From Patescibacteria group bacterium (GTDB lineage: Bacteria > Patescibacteriota > Patescibacteriia > 2-01-FULL-39-33), in NCBI GenBank assembly GCA_041649575.1, contig JBAZMW010000003.1, forward strand, positions 90,001 to 122,000: a stretch of 32,000 nucleotides of DNA, written 5' to 3'. The position numbers and the translations under genes are program-made. Position 1 is the first letter of the stretch, and every line of letters begins with the position of its first letter. Under the pieces are notes generated by a model. That model was given only the letters and a program-made list of their open reading frames with translations, did no database searches and was not told the origin of the DNA. Shown here piece after piece: positions 26,381-32,000 of this stretch.

Positions 26381-27082
26381 TTAATTCGACCGTAAATAAC
26401 AACTTTTGACCTGCTGGCCGGCTAAACGCAAAAAATTATTTAATTCCTTGGGACTGAAGCTTTTTCCTTTAAAATCAGAGCCGACCAGCTTGTCCCGAAA
26501 AATAAAATTTTGTAAGTAGTATTTCTCTGCGCCTTTTATAGTCTTGAGCATTTTTTTAAAATCGCTCACCCGGTGCAGGCCTTTAACCAGTGTGCTACGA
26601 AACTCGTAGGGCAAACCGCTGGTTTTGATAATTTTAATACTGGCCGCTAGCTTAGTCGAGTCAACCTTTACGCCACAAAATCTTTCATAATCATCTAAAG
26701 GGCCCTTGATGTCCATGGCTAAATAATTAACTAATTTTTTGTCAATTAATTTTTTTAAGACTGCCGGCAAAAGCCCATTAGTATCAATTTTTATTTCATA
26801 ACCATCTTTTTTCAAACGACGACAAAAACCAAACAGGCCCCTCTGCATTAACGGTTCACCTCCCGTAATCACCACGCCGTCAAGATATTTTTTTCGATCG
26901 GATAAAAAATTAATCGTTTTTTTGACTGATCGCCTAGAATCTGCCTTGGCCAGCTCGGGCAAAACCAGCTCGGGATTATGACAAAAAGAGCAGCGCATAT
27001 TACAACCACTGGTAAATATAATCGCTGCCACTTTTTGCGGATAATCCAGTAGGGTGACTGGTTGTAACCCGCCAATAATCAT
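26381..27082 (-). CDS. nrdG: Anaerobic ribonucleoside-triphosphate reductase activating protein (radical SAM)
   Basis: FTSGCNMRCSFCHNPELV, VVITGGEPLMQ, YEIKIDTNG, MDIKGPLDDY. Confidence 0.92.
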   Translation of the reverse strand: MIIGGLQPVTLLDYPQKVAAIIFTSGCNMRCSFCHNPELVLPELAKADSRRSVKKTINFLSDRKKYLDGVVITGGEPLMQRGLFGFCRRLKKDGYEIKIDTNGLLPAVLKKLIDKKLVNYLAMDIKGPLDDYERFCGVKVDSTKLAASIKIIKTSGLPYEFRSTLVKGLHRVSDFKKMLKTIKGAEKYYLQNFIFRDKLVGSDFKGKSFSPKELNNFLRLAGQQVKSCYLRSN

Positions 27083-27087
27083 AAATC

Positions 27088-27237
27088 TTAAATTTCGGAA
27101 CTGACCGCCCTAAACGGTTTGCGATCATCGTATTCCGATTGCTTGCCGGCATTCCAAGAATCAACCGGCCGCAAATAACCGACGACCCGGGAGTAAACCT
27201 CACAAGGCTGACGCCTTACCTTTTTGTCATCTTCCAT
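27088..27237 (-). CDS. Stand-alone glycyl-radical domain of class III ribonucleotide reductase (detached NrdD C-terminus)
   Basis: Reading the minus strand from ATG 27237: MEDDKKVRRQPCEVYSRVVGYLRPVDSWNAGKQSEYDDRKPFRAVSSEI* (49 aa); RVxGY glycyl-radical motif; absent from the supplied ORF track. Confidence 0.85.
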   Translation of the reverse strand: MEDDKKVRRQPCEVYSRVVGYLRPVDSWNAGKQSEYDDRKPFRAVSSEI

Positions 27238-27265
27238 ATTAAAAAGTTATTTTTATTAATATATC

Positions 27266-29311
27266 TTACAGAGGTAATTTTTCTTCTTGTTCCCGGATAA
27301 AACCGATTTCCTCATCACAAACAGGACAAAAACGATGTTCACCGGAAAGATAACCGTGTTTGGGACAAATAGAAAAAGTCGGTGTTAACGTGTAATAAGG
27401 CAAACGAAAATTTTCGGCGATTTTCCTCACCAGCTTTTTGGTACTTTCGATGTTTGGCATTTTTTCCGCCAAAAAACCGTGCACCACGGTGCCGCCAGTA
27501 TATTTGACCTGCAACGGGTCTTGTTTTTCCATCACTTCAAAAATGTCTTCGGAAAAATTAACGGGGAGGTGGGAGGAGTTGGTATAATAAGGCGCTGCTC
27601 CTTTTTCTCGATAAGCGTCTTCATTGGCCACCACTATATCTGGGTATAACTCTTTATCCTTCTTGGCAAAACGATAAGTGGCGCCTTCGGCTGGAGTGGC
27701 CTCCAAATTATACAGCTGGCCGTCTTCCTCTTGATATTTTGCTAAACGTTGCAGCATAAAATCCATGACTTTCAAGGCGAAGTCCTGGCCTTCAGGAGTG
27801 GAAAGCGGCCGATTTAAAAAGTTAATCATGGCTTCGTTCATACCGTTGATGCCGATGGTATTGAAATGGTTTTTCCAATACTCGCCAAACCTTTCCTTAA
27901 TCTCCTTAAGATAAAATTTACTATAAGGATAAAGCCCCTGCTCTGTAAAAGTTTCTAAAATATCGCGTTTTAATTTCAGGCTCTGACGCGCCAAATCCAT
28001 AGTCTGGCCGAGCCGGCTGAAAAAAGCGTCTTTGGTTTTTGATAAATAACCGATCCGCGGCAAATTAATAGTCACCACTCCTATTGAACCGGTCAAGGGA
28101 TTAGCGGCAAAAATTCCGCCGCCACGCTTTTTTAATTCACGATTATCCAATCGCAGGCGACAGCACATGCTGCGGGCATCTTCGGCTTTCATGTCAGAAT
28201 TCACAAAATTGGCAAAATAAGGTATGCCATACTTGGCGGTCATTTCCCAAACCGGATCCAGAACTTTATTTTCCCAGTTAAAATCTGCGGAAATATTATA
28301 AGTGGGAATCGGGAAAGTAAAAACACGGCCGTTAGCATCGCCTTCCAACATTACCTCGGCAAAAGCCTTATTAAGCATATCCATTTCCGGCTGGAACTCT
28401 TTGTAAGCTTCTCTTTGCGGCAAGCCACCAATAACTACCGACTCATTGGCCAGAGTGGTAGGACAAATTAAATCAAAAGTTAAATTAGTAAACGGCGTTT
28501 GAAAGCCAACCCGGGTGGGAACGCTCATATTAAAAACAAACTCCTGCATGGCTTGCTTAACCGCTTTTTCATCTAGATTGTCATAACGAATAAAAGGAGC
28601 GAGCAGAGTGTCAAAATTGGCCAAAGCCTGGGCCCCGGCAGCCTCGCCTTGTAAGGTATAAAAAAAGTTAACAATCTGACCCAGAGCAACCCTTAAGTGT
28701 TTAGCCGGCTTACTGTTTACCTTGCCATCAACACCGCCGAAACCCAACCGCAAGACGGCTTGCAAATCCCAACCACAGCAATAAACCGCTAAAATCTGCA
28801 AGTCATGAAGATGAATGCTGCCGTCAATGTGCGCTTCGCGAATCTCTTGAGGATAGATTTTATTAAGCCAATAGTGAGAGCTGACCGCCGAAGCCACGTG
28901 ATTATTCAATCCTTGCAAAGAATAGCTCATGTTGGCATTCTCTTTGACTCGCCAATCCAATTGTTTCAAATAGCCGTCGATAATATCATTGGAATCCAGC
29001 ATTTTTTTCATGTCTCTGAGCTGGGCATGCTGGGCTCGATAGATAATATAGGCTTTGGCAGCCTTGACCAGACCTTCTTTAATCAAAGTTTCCTCGACTA
29101 TATCCTGGATTTCCTCAATCGCCGGAATAGAACGGGGGTGAAACTTACTATTAAGAATTTGAACGGCTTTATCGGATAACTCAAGGGCTAGTTTTTCGTC
29201 GTCCCGACCAACTGCTTTCAGGGCCTTGTAAATCGCCTGGACGATTTTGTTCTGGTCAAAGTCAACAATACTGCCGTCTCGCTTTTTAACCTGTTTGATT
29301 TGGGTATCCAT
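27266..29311 (-). CDS. nrdD: Anaerobic (class III) ribonucleoside-triphosphate reductase, catalytic part lacking the C-terminal glycyl-radical domain
   Basis: 681 aa; N-terminal ATP-cone, DLQILAVYCCGWDLQ, CRLRLDNRELKKRGGGIFAANPLTGSIGVVTINLPRIGY, CPKHGYLSGEHRFCPVCDEEIG, then stop. Confidence 0.95.
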   Translation of the reverse strand: MDTQIKQVKKRDGSIVDFDQNKIVQAIYKALKAVGRDDEKLALELSDKAVQILNSKFHPRSIPAIEEIQDIVEETLIKEGLVKAAKAYIIYRAQHAQLRDMKKMLDSNDIIDGYLKQLDWRVKENANMSYSLQGLNNHVASAVSSHYWLNKIYPQEIREAHIDGSIHLHDLQILAVYCCGWDLQAVLRLGFGGVDGKVNSKPAKHLRVALGQIVNFFYTLQGEAAGAQALANFDTLLAPFIRYDNLDEKAVKQAMQEFVFNMSVPTRVGFQTPFTNLTFDLICPTTLANESVVIGGLPQREAYKEFQPEMDMLNKAFAEVMLEGDANGRVFTFPIPTYNISADFNWENKVLDPVWEMTAKYGIPYFANFVNSDMKAEDARSMCCRLRLDNRELKKRGGGIFAANPLTGSIGVVTINLPRIGYLSKTKDAFFSRLGQTMDLARQSLKLKRDILETFTEQGLYPYSKFYLKEIKERFGEYWKNHFNTIGINGMNEAMINFLNRPLSTPEGQDFALKVMDFMLQRLAKYQEEDGQLYNLEATPAEGATYRFAKKDKELYPDIVVANEDAYREKGAAPYYTNSSHLPVNFSEDIFEVMEKQDPLQVKYTGGTVVHGFLAEKMPNIESTKKLVRKIAENFRLPYYTLTPTFSICPKHGYLSGEHRFCPVCDEEIGFIREQEEKLPL

Positions 29312-29446
29312 GATAATTTAAAGCTATTTTAACCCTTAAATTACTTAAATTTAAAGAAAATAAAAATAGACCTAGAAACTTGGTTGTCACAAACTGTTAA
29401 AATTCAAGTCTTAGCTAGATCTATCGGAATCTACGGTTATTATTAA

Positions 29447-29474
29447 TTATAGCACTCCCAAAATGGCTGTCAAA
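29447..29474 (-). promoter_or_regulatory. Consensus promoter for the nrdD - radical domain - nrdG operon
   Basis: Minus strand TTGACA - 16 nt - TATAAT, both perfect, with extended -10 TGC. Confidence 0.8.
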
Positions 29475-29537
29475 AAATTAATTTTATTAAACTTTTTAGA
29501 GATTTTTTCTAAGCAGCCGGGGGTTTTGTGGATAAAT

Positions 29538-30728
29538 TTATTTCATCTTTTTTCTGATAAAGGCCGGGATCTCCAGATCCTCCTCTTCCGAGGATAATTT
29601 GGGGCTGATTTTAACCGGTTGAGGGATTATTTTTGACTCCTCTTCTTTTTCTTTTTTGATATTTTGACTACCGCTCCGGCTTTTATCGATTGAAGCGTCT
29701 TCAATGTTTCTTTTAGAAAAAAGACGATTGACAGAGTAACGCGGCTCACTTAAAGAGATCTTTTTCGACTCTCTCGTTTCGCCAAAACCGGTAGCTACGA
29801 CAGTAATTTTTATCCGATCCTTTAGGGTTTCGTCAATTACCGAGCCAAAAATTATTTTTGCATTGGGATCGGCGCTTTCTGTAATAGTATTAGCAGCTTC
29901 ATTCACCTCACTCATGGTCAAACTGGGCCCGCCCATAATGATAAACAACACTCCTCTGGCGCCATCAATGGAGATGTCCAGAAGCGGCGACGAGATGGCC
30001 GACTTGGCCGCCGTGACTGCTCGATTTTCGCCGCTAGCCTCACCAATGCCCATCAGAGCCGAGCCAGCATCTTCCATAATGGCTTTGACATCCGCAAAAT
30101 CCACATTAATCAATCCTGGGATAGTAATCAGCTCCGAGATGCCCTGAACGCCTTGTCGCAAGACATCATCAGCCGCCTTAAAGGCGTCAAGCAAAGAGGT
30201 TTTTTTATCAATAATGTGAAGAATTTTATCGTTAGGAATAGTAATGATGGTGTCGACTTTATCCTTTAACTCCTGAAAGCCTCTTTCGGCAATTTCCGAC
30301 CTCTGAGCGCCTTCAAAAGAAAAGGGTTTGGTTACCACTGCCACCACTAAAGCACCCAATTCTCCGGCCACGCTGGCAATTATGGGCGAAGCGCCGGTGC
30401 CAGTGCCGCCGCCCAAACCACAGGTGATAAAAACCATGTCCGCGCCCTTGAGCAAATCACGAATATCGTTGATGCTTTCCTGGGCTGACTGCAAACCGAC
30501 ATCGGGGTTCATGCCGGCACCCAACCCTCTGGTGGTGGTTTGGCCGATGTGCAATTTATGTTTGGCGCTATTATGATGCAAAGCCTGGACATCGGTGTTG
30601 ACAGCTATAAACTCCACGCCCTTAATTTTAGAATCGATCATGCGATTAATCGCCGATCCACCAGATCCGCCAACTCCTATGACTTTGATTTTGGCAAAAG
30701 TTTCTATTTCTGGTCTTATCTCTGGCAT
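29538..30728 (-). CDS. ftsZ: Cell division protein FtsZ
   Basis: [39 protein letters not shown]-terminal [13 protein letters not shown]. Confidence 0.98.
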   Translation of the reverse strand: MPEIRPEIETFAKIKVIGVGGSGGSAINRMIDSKIKGVEFIAVNTDVQALHHNSAKHKLHIGQTTTRGLGAGMNPDVGLQSAQESINDIRDLLKGADMVFITCGLGGGTGTGASPIIASVAGELGALVVAVVTKPFSFEGAQRSEIAERGFQELKDKVDTIITIPNDKILHIIDKKTSLLDAFKAADDVLRQGVQGISELITIPGLINVDFADVKAIMEDAGSALMGIGEASGENRAVTAAKSAISSPLLDISIDGARGVLFIIMGGPSLTMSEVNEAANTITESADPNAKIIFGSVIDETLKDRIKITVVATGFGETRESKKISLSEPRYSVNRLFSKRNIEDASIDKSRSGSQNIKKEKEEESKIIPQPVKISPKLSSEEEDLEIPAFIRKKMK

Positions 30729-30773
30729 ATTTTTAAATTATTTGATTAAAAAAATTAATTTATTAAAACCTTC

Positions 30774-32000
30774 TTAAGGTAATAACGATTTAAACCATTC
30801 CCTTAAGTGGCTGCTGGCTTTATCCACGCTTTTGAAAGGGAAATGCGGCAGACTAAATTTGCCACTCTTTTGTAACTGGCTACCCCAGATAACCAAGCCC
30901 ACCGCTGTGGTAAAAGAAAGATCGCCAACTTTATCTAAATTAGAGATAATCCCTTGAGGATAGCCCAGCGAAGCCGGCAGCCGCAAAGCCTTTTTTGCCA
31001 ACTCCACCAAACCGTCTAATTTGGCGCCGCCGCCAGTCAAGACCACACCAGCTGGTAACATACCGGATTTACCTATTTTTTTTAGCTCTTTGTCTACCTT
31101 TTCCATAATCTCTTCAACTCGAGCCTCAATAACTTCGGCTACGTGCTTTTTGGAAAAGGCCCCCTCTTCAACCCCGCCGACATCCGAATATCTAGTCTCA
31201 TCTTGTTTGCGAAAGTTTTCTGGCAGACAGCTGCCCTCGCGAACTTTTATCCTCTCGGCTGTGTCAATAGAAATCCGCCGCTCAATGGCAATATCGCTGG
31301 TTATATATTCGGAACCGACCGGCAAAATCACCGTGTGTAAAACATCACCCTCTTCAAAAACCGCCAGGCTGGTGGTAGCACCGCCAATATTTACCACCGC
31401 CACCCCTAATTCTTTTTGACGATTGGTTAAAACGCTTTCCGAGTTGGCTAAAACCGCCAGGACCAGATCGTCGATATCTAAACCGGTGCGATAGATACAT
31501 TTGGTCAAATTTTTAATTTGAGCCGAAAGTCCTTGAATAATTTGAGCGTCAACCTCCAAACGAATTCCTGTCATGCCGATCGGATCTTTAATTCCAGTCT
31601 GCGAATCAACCGTAAAACTTCTGGGAATGACGTGTAGTATCTCATAATTTGGTGGCGTCGCCACAGCACGGGCCGCTTCTATTACCCGCTCTACGTCTTC
31701 GGGCCTTATTTCGCCATCGGTTTTAGAAACAGCCACCACTCCCTTGCTTTCCTGAGCAATAATATGGCTACCCGAAATACCCACCCAAGCATGCTCAACC
31801 GGCTGACCCACCATTCTCTCTATCCTTTCTAAAGACGAAGAAATGGAAGACACCGCATCCTCAACACTAACCACCACGCCCTTACTGATGCCTTGGGCCG
31901 GTATTTCAATAGCTCCGACTATTTTTATCTTATCGTTTTCTTTGGATTTTTGACCCACTGCTATTCTAATAGCCGTTGAGCCAATATCCAAGCCAGTTAT
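30774..32000 (-). CDS. ftsA: Cell division protein FtsA, 5' end beyond window
   Basis: Frame stays open to 32000 (...ITGLDIGSTAIRIAVGQ); HVIPRSFTVDSQTGIKDPIGMTG, VVLTGGGAKLDGL. Confidence 0.95.
   Translation of the reverse strand: MTGLDIGSTAIRIAVGQKSKENDKIKIVGAIEIPAQGISKGVVVSVEDAVSSISSSLERIERMVGQPVEHAWVGISGSHIIAQESKGVVAVSKTDGEIRPEDVERVIEAARAVATPPNYEILHVIPRSFTVDSQTGIKDPIGMTGIRLEVDAQIIQGLSAQIKNLTKCIYRTGLDIDDLVLAVLANSESVLTNRQKELGVAVVNIGGATTSLAVFEEGDVLHTVILPVGSEYITSDIAIERRISIDTAERIKVREGSCLPENFRKQDETRYSDVGGVEEGAFSKKHVAEVIEARVEEIMEKVDKELKKIGKSGMLPAGVVLTGGGAKLDGLVELAKKALRLPASLGYPQGIISNLDKVGDLSFTTAVGLVIWGSQLQKSGKFSLPHFPFKSVDKASSHLREWFKSLLP

Noticed and set aside
27000-27203. 67-aa minus-strand ORF (MRFTPGSSVICGRLILGM...)
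   Set aside because: Overlaps the glycyl-radical ORF and nrdG start in another frame; the overlapping frames carry recognisable motifs and this one does not.
1-32000. CRISPR arrays, tRNA or rRNA genes, transposases
   Set aside because: No regularly spaced repeats, rRNA-like stretches or transposase motifs were seen while reading; tRNAs were not checked with a dedicated tool.

Overview
The window is a ribosomal-protein and cell-biology region from what looks like a Patescibacteria/CPR-type bacterium (inferred from gene content and the missing uL30 gene; not tested by phylogeny). Almost everything reads on the minus strand. From right to left the order is: ftsA (truncated at the edge), ftsZ, nrdD, a separate glycyl-radical-domain ORF, nrdG, a small membrane protein, prfB with a programmed +1 frameshift, comEC split into two ORFs, a lone receiver domain, a large adenylate-kinase-like protein, rpmB (plus strand), an M50 peptidase, then a continuous str/S10/spc-type cluster (S12, S7, EF-G, Phd-like ORF, EF-Tu, S10, L3, L4, L23, L2, S19, L22, S3, L16, L29, S17, L14, L24, L5, S14, S8, L6, L18, S5, L15, SecY, Adk), then map and the 5' end of yqgF. 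Main points for follow-up: (1) a compact, GC-richer, plus-strand four-ORF cassette (1034-2743) between adk and map, with its own consensus promoter, strong Shine-Dalgarno sites and terminator, and no recognisable homology; one 55-aa ORF is missing from the supplied track. (2) A class III RNR whose glycyl-radical domain is a separate 49-aa ORF (27088-27237), also missing from the track. (3) A 268-nt structured leader before rplC with an 18-bp hairpin, a 20-codon upstream ORF, a terminator-like hairpin abutting the rplC start and a perfect 12-nt alternative pairing. (4) A canonical prfB frameshift site that extends the called gene. (5) A Phd/YefM-like ORF with no visible toxin between fusA and tuf, next to a 20-nt perfect palindrome. 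Everything here comes from manual reading; no database search or folding software was used.
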